This document shows positions 15,684 through 27,429 of a DNA stretch of 64,000 nucleotides, piece after piece (position 1 is the stretch's first letter; the number at the start of each line of letters is the position of its first letter). The stretch covers positions 117,065-181,064 of the forward strand of contig MU619284.1 of the NCBI GenBank assembly GCA_025201805.1, given 5' to 3'. Made by a program: the position numbers and the translations under genes. Source of the stretch: Parasitella parasitica NRRL 2501. Taxonomy: Eukaryota; Fungi; Mucoromycota. The notes under the pieces were generated by a model. It saw only the letters and a program-made list of their open reading frames with translations, was not told where the DNA came from and did no database searches.

Positions 15684-16550
15684 TCATAAAGCGAGCATGA
15701 GTAGAAATGCGTAGTAGAATGGAATGACTTTATTTAGACATGGCAAAGAGACATGAGTGATGCCATTGAATGGCTGATCTTTATCCCAGTACAAAGTGGT
15801 GATATCATATGACATGTGGTTCATGAAATCGATGTTAAATTCTAATGAATGTTCTTCCATCAAAACTACTATGAAGAACATTCTATCCTTCATACGTATC
15901 TGCGCTCCTGGTCTTCTGGTAACTTGGAAACTCTGATCCATCAACCTCCTAGGGATTGGTTCAAGGCGTACCCAATTTTCCCTCATCCTAGATCATGGTC
16001 TTATTGCTGCGACACTGTCAAATAACTATAAATACCTTCAAATTGTACACTAGTTTAAATTCCCATTCAATCTTGGAATAGCAAAATAAATATATTCAGT
16101 TCTAATTGTATTTTTCTGGCTATATTTTGTTATTCTAAACAGGTTCGACGCAGAATTTATCGCTTTACATAAAACATTTAATACGCATACCTGGTATATA
16201 CCTGCCACCACACTATCTTGAGATATCTAACAATGAAGATATGAAATGGAAACATGCTGCTAAGATTGAATGTATGGCTACTTCGAAATAAAGAAGCAAT
16301 ATGCTTTGTCAATGGAGAAGCGAGATGAGTACTTTATAAGTAATTAAAAATGGTGGTATTAACCAATAAGTGAAATACCGTAGTACAATGTGGTTCTAAA
16401 CACTATTTTTACGTAGCTTTAAATTTGAATAGAAAAATACCAGCTATGAAAGTATTCATGTTTTCTTCTGCTAGAAGAGTTGTAATTTTTTTTATGTCTA
16501 TAGTATGTAACCAAAAGTAACATGGAAAATGTACTAATATTAGAAGACAT
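15684..16550 (-). CDS. Hypothetical multi-exon protein or pseudogene
   Basis: 100-aa terminal ORF preceded by several GT..AG-bounded open segments starting from ATG 16550. The frame could not be resolved cleanly through 16030-16130, and no family was recognised. Confidence 0.3.
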
Positions 16551-16865
16551 CGTTTTAAAAAAAACTACAACAAAAATAGCGGTAACTAATACTTGATGTT
16601 TTGTGCGTTAATGAGTAGATGTACTAAAGTTGATAATCATTGAAAAAAAGTCAACATTTAGTTTAGTAGCTAGAGTATGCACAAGGATATTCCAAAAAGT
16701 TGACTGATTTTAATGATTTTCATGGTAAAGGGTTTAAAAGCTGGATATATTAATGCCATTGTGATTTCAATATCAACTCGGTATATGATGGTGTATGTGG
16801 TATAAATATATAATATCTACATATCTACGTATCTATATTTGTGAATCATCTCGTGGTTTTTATTA

Positions 16866-18969
16866 TCACCAACCCAGAATCTTCCACCAGCCCATGCCCA
16901 CAGTAAAATAGACGCAAAGATAAAATATAGCAATTTGGCCACCAACCAGGAACCATTTTGTGCGAGAAACGTAGCCTGGAGCATAATACATGGCCAAACT
17001 ACCGGTTGAAAAATTTGTCTGTAGAGATATCCATATTTGTTAGTCATGAAATACATACGCAACTATAGCGACTTACCATGCAGCCTCCAAGAGCACCAAA
17101 ATAAGCCAGCAAACAAGTCAATGTCATAGGATTAGCGCCTAATGAATGCCCAGCATCCAAAAAGGTAGCTACAAATGCGACTGTGTGGGCACTCAGGGAA
17201 GAGAACATGAATGTTGTAAGAAAGTAAGCGATTGCCAAGGCAGGAACAGGAGGTAAATTGAGACGGGTGATGGCGAGGGATATTTTGAGTCCTATGTAGT
17301 TTGAGGCTCCTGCTTCAGAGAGTTGGCTGGCAATCGTAACAAAACCACCCAGCCAAAACAATGTTTCCCACTATATATGGATTCATTATTTCAAATACTT
17401 TTCACTTGATAATATTAGAGTGAAGACTTACGGCATTGGTGTTGTTTGCTACGTCCTTCCAACGGATAGTGCCCATGTGTAGTAACGCTACAATACCGAT
17501 TAAAGCAACCAAGGTGGAATCTATTTTAGTATAGCCGGAGGTTACCCACATCACAAGGCAAACAAAGAGAACCAGGCACAGTTGCTATATATATATAAAA
17601 AATCAATATAGGGTCTAGATTCCTTTTCTTTTCCTGCATACCAGTTCCTTGCTTGACATGGATCCCATGGCATGTAATTCTTTTGAAGCATGTTGAACAA
17701 TGTCGTCTCCATCCGCCTTCAACTGTTGGCCCTCTTCGGCCTGAGTAGACGATTCCTTTGATTTAAAGATACCACATGACCAAGCTAAAAGGAGGGGTAA
17801 AACAGCAGCGCACACCAATGCAGGAACAGAGCTTCCCGTAACCCAGGTCATGAAATTAAACTGCAAATCAGGGTACAGCGAGTTTGCTTTTGCTAAAACA
17901 ATGGGATTTGGAGCCATTCCTTTTTGAAATTATTTAATGATGTTTGCATTGAAATAATTCGTATCAACATACCTGTCAAATACATGGAAGCGGACAGCAA
18001 GTTGGAGTGAGCTCCAATAAGCATCAAAAATGCACCAATCTTGGGGTTCTGAGATGGCGTTGACCCTAAAGTGGTAGCGATGGAATGCACCACGGGTAAT
18101 ACGATGCCACCGCCTCGAGCTGTGTTGCTTGGAACAAAAGGGGCCAGTAGTAATTCTATAAAATGTGGGGTGAGAATTCTGTTTGTACGCTCATATCAGA
18201 AACGCAGAAATAGCTAGTACCTGAAAGCAAAATAGCATATGCTAAACCTATGACATGTTTGCCAAATGAGCGGATCATTAATAGCGAAATTCTTTTCCCC
18301 AGCTGTGTCACTTCGACAGCTTTTCCCAGATGAAAAGCAGCAAAAATCAGCCAAACAACAGAGCTAGAGAAACCTTCCAAGGAATGATGAAATGCTTCCT
18401 GACCACCATCACAATCAAATGGGACTTCAGTGATGGGATTTACTTCTCCACAGAGCCGGCATTCTGTGCTCAAACCCGTAACATGATCTTCACATTGGAA
18501 CGAATGTGTTGTCGATAGTAAAGCCAGAGCAGTCAATACGAGCACTGATATGTCAACTGATGTGGTTATTAGCGCAAATATACAGCTAAACTTTGTATTA
18601 GGCATCAAATAAAAAACCAATTCGAACAGCACACTACACATACCTAGTGAACACAGCTAAAAGCCTAATAGCTGTCAATGTTAATTCCTCAGTAGGACTT
18701 ACACCAAACCAAATGGCTGATCCCAAGGCGAGCGAAGGTAAAAGACTAAAGAGTTTGGAGGATGTGAATCTGCGAAGCGTTAAGCTAATTGCGCCTGTAA
18801 TTTGCAATGCATTGTGAGTTATGGACTTGTTTATACACATGTTTACATATGTACCTTGTTTATTTGTTGATTCCAACTCCAATGTTGTGTTAAGGCTATC
18901 AACAGGTAACAACGAAGTTCTTTCGTTTGGAACTTCAGTGTTGATAGAAATTTGCTGGATTTTTCTCAT
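16866..18969 (-). CDS. DASS family (SLC13/CitT/DiT-type) di/tricarboxylate transporter, multi-exon
   Basis: GFSSSVVWLIF, PFVPSNTARGGGIVLPVV, SASMYLTGMAPN, FSSLSAH, and C-terminal YYAPGYVSRTKWF...GMGWWKILGW*, as in CitT/plastid DiT1. Confidence 0.9.
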
Positions 18970-19479
18970 TTTCGGCACGAGAGAAAAAGGAAAAGAGTGA
19001 GAGAGAGATGAAGACTACCAGTAATTGGAAAAGATGTGCTTATATACAAAAAAAAATCAGCAAATTCTTCCTTTTTTAGTCTTTCTGTTTTAAATAGTAG
19101 GCCTGGTTAAGTGATCAATACTGCAGCTGATTTTGGCTTTCTTATGATGTAAATTAGGGTTGTAACTGCATACATAAAGCGGAACACACAGCCGGTTAAT
19201 CTATTGCCTGGATTCTGCAGTATTCTCTCCCCCCCCCCCCTTGGTTGATACAAAGAATGATTAAAGGAACACCACATGTCGAGAGAAAAAAAAGTACTTC
19301 GTTGTGCTACTTGACAGATGACTTTTTCCCTAAAAAACTTGACACACTCGCCATAATTAGATAACTGTATAGTGGAGGTGCTAATTTTCTCATGTGTTTA
19401 TACGAATCACATTTTTCTCTCTTGAACGAGGTGTTAAATGACTCATTTTATTAATGACCCTGCATTTTTTGAGTTAATT

Positions 19480-20466
19480 TTAATCATATAGTGCTTCTTT
19501 TGCGTGAATAATATACACCATCGCCTGATTATATCGCACATCAATACCTCTCTCTCTGCCCTTCTTGCAAATATATCCATTTAAATAGTCGATTTCAGTC
19601 AGATTCTTCAGTCGAATGTCCTGGAGAGTTGAGCAAACATTCTCCCCGGCTTCTTGATTGATTGCCAACACCATGTCCATGAGGGAGTCAACCGTTTCTC
19701 CAGGTAAATCATCCCTGAGTACATCATGCGCTTCTTGACAAATTGCTTTCATCATCGCAATGCCCCCAGGGTTACCGTTTTTGATATTTCCAATGTTCTT
19801 GTACATCAGCACAGATGCCACAGCGTTGATGCAAGCGTTCACAATCAACTTTTTATACATTTTCACAAGCACTTGTGGCCAAGGCAATCGCGCTGCATTC
19901 AGTTCTGAAATTGCAGTGATTTCTGCTAAAAGTGCTGGCCGCTGCTGCTGCTGCTGCTGTGATGTATTGTCTACTGGGAATCGCCCAATGCGTATAGCAT
20001 CCGGATCAGCATAGCCAGAGTGATGTGTGATATCATAAGGCCCCTTGCGCTCAACTGCATGACGGTTTACACCAACAAAGATGGCAGGTGGGGCAGTGTT
20101 TGGCCACAAGTTTTCCAGCAATTCCTCCGCAACACCCATTCCATTTTGAAGCAGCAAAATGGTGCTATTTGCAGATAGTCTAGAGGCCACAGGAGTCAAC
20201 GCTTTTAAGGTATGATGACCCTTTGTAGCCACTACAAGAGATTGGATGGGCGTTTGGTCTGTTGTATCGCCTACAACGCTCGCTTCAAAACCGGAAATAA
20301 CGTTGGTTTGGCCTCGAGAACGATATGTAATGCTGTTTCGACGGCTGTTGAAGTCGTTTAGATGGCTTTGGGAGCGAAGCAAGAGCGTAACTGGAATTTT
20401 GTTCGACTTCAAGACGGACGCGATGTGGCATCCGATAGCCCCTGTACCTATAATATGGATACTCAT
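19480..20466 (-). CDS. PAN5: 2-dehydropantoate (ketopantoate) reductase, ApbA/PanE family, intronless
   Basis: IHIIGTGAIG Rossmann motif, LLLQNGMG, KKLIVNACIN, STLQDI...TEIDYLNG; ATG at 20466. Confidence 0.9.
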   Translation of the reverse strand: MSIHIIGTGAIGCHIASVLKSNKIPVTLLLRSQSHLNDFNSRRNSITYRSRGQTNVISGFEASVVGDTTDQTPIQSLVVATKGHHTLKALTPVASRLSANSTILLLQNGMGVAEELLENLWPNTAPPAIFVGVNRHAVERKGPYDITHHSGYADPDAIRIGRFPVDNTSQQQQQQRPALLAEITAISELNAARLPWPQVLVKMYKKLIVNACINAVASVLMYKNIGNIKNGNPGGIAMMKAICQEAHDVLRDDLPGETVDSLMDMVLAINQEAGENVCSTLQDIRLKNLTEIDYLNGYICKKGRERGIDVRYNQAMVYIIHAKEALYD

Positions 20467-21180
20467 GCTTTTGTTTGCTAGTAGCTGAAGAAGAGAATTT
20501 TTGTTTTTATAATTTGTATTTGCCAATCCGACTTCTCGGTGTAGCATCAATCGAGATGATCAATAAATGTGCTGGCAACAGGATATTCCCTGATCCGAAA
20601 GATCAGAGATGTCGATCCTTAGTTTGCACATCCAGTCCCTAATGTATAATTTGTAGAAAATAAAAATGCCCAAATTCTCAAAATTGATGTCATGAACTTT
20701 GTTATTTAACAAAGAACTCATCATAGAAGCCACGAATAAAAAACAAGTAGTACAAGGGATCTATTATAGTTTGCATGTAAGGCTGAGACAGCCATAGCTT
20801 TCAAGCCTATCATTCGCTTTGATTTGCACTTTTGTAGTCTAGTTAAAATAGAGAATCATAGCCTCACTGCTTGGAGATGAAACTCTACAAAGATGAGCCA
20901 ATTTGAACACTGTTCAGACAATATATATAGCACCTGCTATAAAGTAGACAAAAGAGCCAAGACTTGACGAATCCTTTTAAGGTGATCGCATAAAATTTCC
21001 AAGCCCAAAACCATTAGTGCAGAAACAGAGGAAACAAAAAAAAGTATTCCAATGTGGTACACCCATTTGTTGCTAAAAATATACAATTTACGTAACAATA
21101 ATAAATAGGAATAGCACTGCCAAGATATATTTTGCTATTTCTTTCTCTCTTTAATTTTTTTTTTTTTCACACTATAAAAA

Positions 21181-22198
21181 ATGTCAGCCCCACCTTACCA
21201 TCACCATGGTGATTATGACACATCTTCACCTCCACCCTTACCACACCATATTGAAACACACCGAGACTCCACGGATCGCTATCCTATGAATGATATTCCT
21301 GTCAATTCGCCTTCACCCTATCCAGCGTACGATCAACAACATAACGGCTCGTTGGCAGCTATGCAAACTCCACCTCCACATCGCCATAGCGATCAATCGG
21401 ACATGAAGTTTATGGATCATTACGACTCTGACGATGATTTGGAAAAGATTATACCTCGTGAAAAAAAGAAGAGATCTTGCATGGACAAGCTCTGCTGTGG
21501 TTGTTGTACTTGTTGTCCTAAATGGGCCCGTTGGTGTAGTTGCATAATTTTGATCATCATTGTCATTCTTGCCATCATTATTGGCGTGTTTGCTGCGTTG
21601 TTCAAGGTGCCAGATGTTCAATTCACTGGGCTTAAACAGGACCCTGTTTATGCATATGCTAACAATGTGCTCAGTATGACTTTTGATGTTGGCATCAGCG
21701 TAGATAATCAGAATTTCGAAAGTATTACATTCGAGACTATCAAGGCAGACGTAAGTGGAATGGCTGAATGCGTAACGGGGGGCTTGTGCTAAGTATCTGA
21801 ATGCAGGCTTATTATCCTTCGCCTTATAATGTGTATATTGGCGGCGGTAACATCACGGATACACATATCGCTTCATATGCCATGACAAACATTACCTTCC
21901 CCTTTGCAGTCAAAGTAAATTCATCGGATCCAGGACAACAAGGTGTATTAATGGATTTGGTTACCCGATGCGGTCTTGATGGAAGCGCACCACGAAACAT
22001 TAATTTTGATTATTACATCTATCCTACTGTTCGTGTTGCTGGTATTGCTATCACACCTAAGATTTCTAAATCGATGTCGCTTGCATGCCCGGTATGTATT
22101 ATTAATATAACTCCTTGTTTTTATTGATTCCATTAACAACTTTTTGCAAATAGACTGCTGAATTGAGCCAGTTGTTAGGCGGTGTATTCACAAAATGA
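21181..22198 (+). CDS. Single-pass membrane protein with LEA_2-like domain, 3 exons
   Basis: Disordered N-terminus, Cys string (CCGCCTCC), hydrophobic TM helix, then P-x-V...ISVDNQNFESITFETIKA/AYYP...IGGG...TNITFPF, a LEA_2-like pattern. Confidence 0.7.
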
Positions 22199-22937
22199 TC
22201 AAGCCCTCACAAATAAACCATGTATATCAGTGTAACAATATTTAGTTGTTTTATTCGAATCAGTAAACATGTCTGTAATATGGCATAATTCTAAGCTTGA
22301 TTATGGTGGGGTGGCTTTTTGAAATGTAACCCACTAGGCCTTGTATGAAATAGTATCTTTTAACCTTTTTTTTTTTTTTTTGGCCGAGATCACATTATGC
22401 AGCATCAGAATAGGCCCTATCCTGAGGCCTCTGTCGACACAAATGTGGTCGTTTAATGATAAACAAAAAAAAATAGGAAGCACTAGGCTAAATGATTTCC
22501 CATATTGCAATAATGTCAGGAATAACAATTTTCTGGCTTATTAAAATAAGCTCTAAATTACAATACCTGTGTACCAGAGCTGATCCAAGTAGGGAGGAAG
22601 ATGAGAGATAATAGATGGAGAGCATGTGATATATACATCGTCTTTACATACCTAGATCTGGTTGTTGTTTGTATAGTCGTTCCTACCAAAGCTAACTCAT
22701 CAGACCATTTCCGTTGTCTGCTTTGGTAATTCGGCATATATCTTACTTGAGTAAAGCATGATCGTCGTTTGGGAACAATTATTTGTCCGTTTCGAACAAG
22801 CATAATCGGTTTCTTGAATTGCACGATGAGCACGTCATTATATTCAGGATAATCATAACTTGAATTTGATGCGTTTTTCATACGTATAATTTTAAAATGT
22901 AGAGAAATGAACAGACTATTTATTTCTTTACATGCAA

Positions 22938-23462
22938 CTAATACTTATTCTTTAATGCGATTTCACGCAATCCGTTGAGCCAGTCTTGGTGGCCGTTCAA
23001 CATGGGATTAGGGTTAGCCTTTGCCAGATCAGCAGCGGGCTTACCAATTTGAGATTCTTGAGTCAAGATACGTACCCGACCACCATCAAGGTCCTCTAAC
23101 AGCCAAGCATGCAAAACATCCAACTTTTCATCAGGAGAGCCATCTTGCTTGGCAGTCCAAGATAGCCGAGCAGCTTGACCCTTTATCGGAGCAACAAATT
23201 ATGTCACCTTTGCACTTAAAGGAGGGAAGCCGAATGTGCTAAAGCTAAAGTCGAGGTCAGCAGCGAGCTCTGGCCCTCCGCCTTGAGGGAATGTAATATC
23301 CGATGCATCCTTGTAGTATTTGGTCCAGTGTGTAGTGTTGGCTAAAAATGGCCAGACATCGTTGACAGAGAGACCCTTCACAATGATTTCATTAGAGACA
23401 AAATTGTCAGTTAAGCCAGGTGTGTATTTCTCGGGCCAGTGAATTGCGGATTGATTTGCCAT
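22938..23462 (-). pseudogene. SRPBCC (polyketide cyclase/dehydrase-like) protein with a single in-frame TAA
   Basis: The two ORFs share one frame: ...FSTFGFPPLSAKVT*FVAPIKGQAARLSW...DVLHAWLLEDLDGGRVRILTQESQIG...PNPMLNGHQDWL. Stop at 23199-23201; no intron. Confidence 0.8.
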
Positions 23463-24081
23463 TATGCAGTTTAAATGATTAAAGATGTAAAATAAAAGAA
23501 AGCCAAGGTTTAATGTTCATTATATATACACGTTTTTTATGCCATTATTAATCAATTTAGTTTCACTGATCTTGTTTCGGAATACAGTGAGATCATGTAC
23601 TCACTGTATCTGCATAACGACTCAAAAAGATTAAATAACCATATCCAATCAGAAAATAGAATACCCATTGGCTGATATGGTTTTTGAGTTACTGAAAATG
23701 GATAAACTTCCTGAGAGGAAAAGATTAAACTAAATTTGGGTATACACCTTTGATAAGTGTCACAGACTCGTTAAGTTTCGAAGAAACCCTCCCAGAGAAA
23801 GACAAGTGCAATTGGATTGGGGTTTTATGATATTTTAATAGACGTTTAAAAACAAACTCATCATATGTCATTCAAAGAGCTTTTTGGGAGATCTCTTTCT
23901 GCGCTAGCCTAGAACATGGTGTTCTTATATATAAGACTAAATCCTATTAGTCATCTTTGTTACCGAGTGTTTCATGAAGGTTTTTCAAGGCGCTGCTAAT
24001 GATCTCCTACTCCAAGTACATTAGTGCTATACCTAGAAAACGTGTTAAAAAGCATTGCCATGATCTGATCGAGCTTCTCCA

Positions 24082-24410
24082 TTATGGTGAGCAAAAGCGA
24101 AATATTATCAGTTGCTTTCTAATGAAGTTAAACTCGCTTATCTTCATCATTCTGTATTGGCAATTATATTTAAGATCTATTTTAAATGCTGTTGCTACAT
24201 GATTTAATATATATATTTTAATGATAATATGGTAGCTTCTACGAATATACTCATCTTTTTTAACGACTTCTGGGTTGGCAACCCTTTGTAATATGAGCTT
24301 ATTGATACAAGTTTGCATTTTTTTACCCAGTTTTATTAAATCAGACTCATAACTCTATTGGTAATGGATTTTCTTTTTCTTGACTTCAACAAAACAAAGC
24401 ATGAAAGTAA
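24082..24410 (-). pseudogene. Degenerate PD-(D/E)xK/REase-like repetitive gene fragment
   Basis: Reads LCFVEVKKK...*SYESDLIKLGKKMQTCINKLI...FKIDLKYNCQYRM, an E-x-K plus D-x-x-KL-x3-M pattern seen in Crinkler/REase-type multicopy genes; contains stops. Confidence 0.45.
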
Positions 24411-24499
24411 TTAATGAATAGGGTTAAAAAAAAAAACGTAATCAGGCATCGTTAACTGACTCGAAGAAAATTATAGAGGAGAAAGTAGTAAATCTTAAA

Positions 24500-24860
24500 A
24501 ATAAAAAATGGATACAAATTAAAGTCTACTCATGCATTCTTGCCACTCGTATTTTGCTCCAGTTAGCCGTGAAGTCCAGCAATGTAATAAAAATGGCCGC
24601 AACAACTCAATGATTTGGTTGGCTTCATCTTCTTGTCTATTTAGATATTTGTTGAAAATTTGAGGAATAATACCGCACAAAGGTATCCAAGATGACACAG
24701 CAAAAATGGTCAAAGGCGGTTCGACTTCAGAGTGTTTTCTCGAATTCATAAAGCAGATCATTGCAAGTCTGGATAGAAGTAATGCAGCCACTCATTACTT
24801 CATAATGAACAATGTTCGTAAAAATATCGCTGAATTGATAAAATAAATATGTTAGATGTG
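24500..24860 (+). mobile_element. Degenerate Tc1/mariner (IS630-like DDE) transposase fragment
   Basis: GGSTSECFLEFIKQIIASLDRSNAATHYFIMNNVR resembles the G-T-T...F..F....LD....Y.VMDNA segment; multiple stops. Confidence 0.55.
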
Positions 24861-25079
24861 AAACAAGGCATTATGTTCACTTTTTGCCAGGATAAAGTCC
24901 ATTTTAAAAAAACCCTATTAAAGAGTGCTTCTCTAAATTATATTTCCATATTTAGAGAAAAAGAGTAGCTGCTTTTGTTTTATTTATATAGTGAAAATAC
25001 AAAGAGAATGTATTGTGAAATAAGCTATCTTTAAAACTGAGGTAGCATTCAAAAAAAGTTACTATGATTCTGGGTGCAA

Positions 25080-25420
25080 GTGTATCCGTTAACTTTGGAT
25101 CAAAAACCTTTAAATGGATTCAGGAACGGAAAACAAAATTGAAGATAAACATATTTATGTCCTTAGAATTTCTTAAATTTCTATACAGATGAATTTTTAT
25201 GAATGGGTGTATTATCCTGATGACAGATCGTTTCCTTATCTCTGGCATTCTCTTAAACCGTCAATTGATCTGGCGTCTTCTAGTGTAGAAGGCCTTGCCG
25301 GACAAGTACCAAGCAGTATCCAGTTGCACAGCCAAACAGCTAGTCAAACCTGTGTCATCTTTTTCATAATATTGGAATGCTTCGAAAGTGTGTGTCTTTG
25401 CGTAGATTTTAGGCGCCTGA
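25080..25420 (-). mobile_element. Degenerate Tc1/mariner transposase fragment
   Basis: QDNTPIHK followed downstream by FPFLNPFKGF*SKV, matching the DNAPIH and SPFLNPIEEFWSKVK motifs. Confidence 0.6.
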
Positions 25421-27429
25421 TTTTTTTTTTTATTTTTGGTCTACGCGAACTTTAGTGTGTTATTGTCAGAAAAAAGATAAAAACTGTAAGAAAACAATAT
25501 TTAGCGATTTTGAGCACAAAAAAAAAGTAATTCCAAGTAATGCATTAGACTATAAGGCACCTTTTTATTGCACATTTGCATAGTTTAGAGTAAGTTATTG
25601 TACTTTTTAAGTTGACATCTGATGAAGACAGCGGCTTTTTTTTACTTTTTTCGGAAAAGCATTTTTCAAAATCGGAGCGTGAGATCGTCAGGCCAAGTAC
25701 AGACATGCAAGTGCTACCATTGGAAAGCCAAGAAGCACATCATTTAAATAATCTAAGTTATAACTATTTTAATTTTGAATTGGATAACCTATGGCTTTTC
25801 AAGCTAATGCTTTCTTGAAAAAACACCATCTTTCTTTGATAGCGGAGATTAAACGCTTCCAAAATTAGGAAGGAAAAATTCTTTCAGAAACTTTATTTGG
25901 ACAATTAGAAAACAAAATTACTTCTTTGAGGCAAAATATCATCTTCTGATACTATGCATACCACTGGTGGCAATCTATGATAATATCTGTATTTTTGGGC
26001 GCTCTACACGATGGTATCATTTCATAATTCCCCTATGCTTATGAAAGGAATTCTGCTGAGAAAACCTCAAAAACAGATCAAGAGGGAAAAGTCAATATTT
26101 TGCTTAATCAGAGCGCATTTCCAGTCTTTCAGATTAAGGAATGGTCTTTTACGATCATTTTCTTCTAATATATGCTGTAGTAAAAAGTTGCAATTTTAGG
26201 GTCAAAACCGATGATAATGCATAATCGATGATTTTAGATGGGTGGATACAAGGAAAAAATCGAAAAAATCGGTGATTTTGCATCGAAAAAAAAAATCATG
26301 CCCAAATTGCACCAAAATCATATATAATATAGTCTTTTCCCAATGGATACTATTCCTGGTGTTTTCAGGGCACTTTTAATAAAAAAATAAAGTATAGAAT
26401 CCGAATTAGACCGTTAAAAAAAATGTTGATTATGAAATCAGCCAAAAAAATGTTTTAAGCTGTAAAAAATATCTATCTAGAGATGATAGTTTAGTTCAAA
26501 AACCTATATGCAGTTCTTTGGACTTGTTTAAATATTTGACCTTGTTCAGATGTCAATCTTCAGCATGTAAAAAGTCTTGTTCTCGATGCTGCACATATTA
26601 CCCTTCGATCTCTGATTCCCACAAATGTATCTACTTTACAATCACATGCAGAATTTACCTCAAAAGTTTTGTCAAGCACTGCTATTTACCAGCAAATAGG
26701 ACTTACTGATAAAGATCTGGCAAACATTAGATAAAATCTAGGCACCTCGAATGCATGCTTTTCAATGAGAAGCTATGGTAAATACCAGATCGTCCCAACT
26801 AATGGCGCAAGTGGTAATTTTAATAAGCTATGAAGCAAGATTTGCTGTAAAAATGACTCGCTGACTTGTAACTTGTTGCAAAAAACGACTCAAACTGGAT
26901 GCTTCATATGATGAACTAATGAGAGTTTACTAGTTTATATTTGATGCAAAAAACAAAAACAACCCTTGTTTTCAGTGTAGGTCGATGGGGTGAAGCAAAG
27001 ATGCAAGTAATTGCGGTGATATTTATTTTGTAATGATGAATTAAGCAAGTTTCAAGCTGTTTTCAAAGGAGTTTTGCCAAGAATAAAAGACAAAAGGCTA
27101 CCAAAAAAAGAGCATGACCTAACGGATCTATATACTTTTAGTCAAGGCAGTATATGCTTTTCCGCAAGAATGATAGGCAAACACTCAAAACAAGGTGACG
27201 TATTCCTACGTTTCAAAAGCAATCTTTTGCACACTTTAGTCCGAAGATTTTCGAAACAACGTTTGTGAGTTCCCCTTGACACACTTTTTTCTTTTTTCTC
27301 TTCTACATTTATTACTTATACCTTGTCTTTTTCTCTACACATAATAAGGTAAGAGCTAGATGAGACACTATACACATTTGGCAAAGAAAGCGGATATGCT
27401 GACTATTTCTTCACTTTATAGAATTTAAA

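Noticed and set aside
22558-22881. 107-aa minus-strand ORF
   Set aside because: No recognisable motif and no supportable exon structure; may be spurious or a small orphan.
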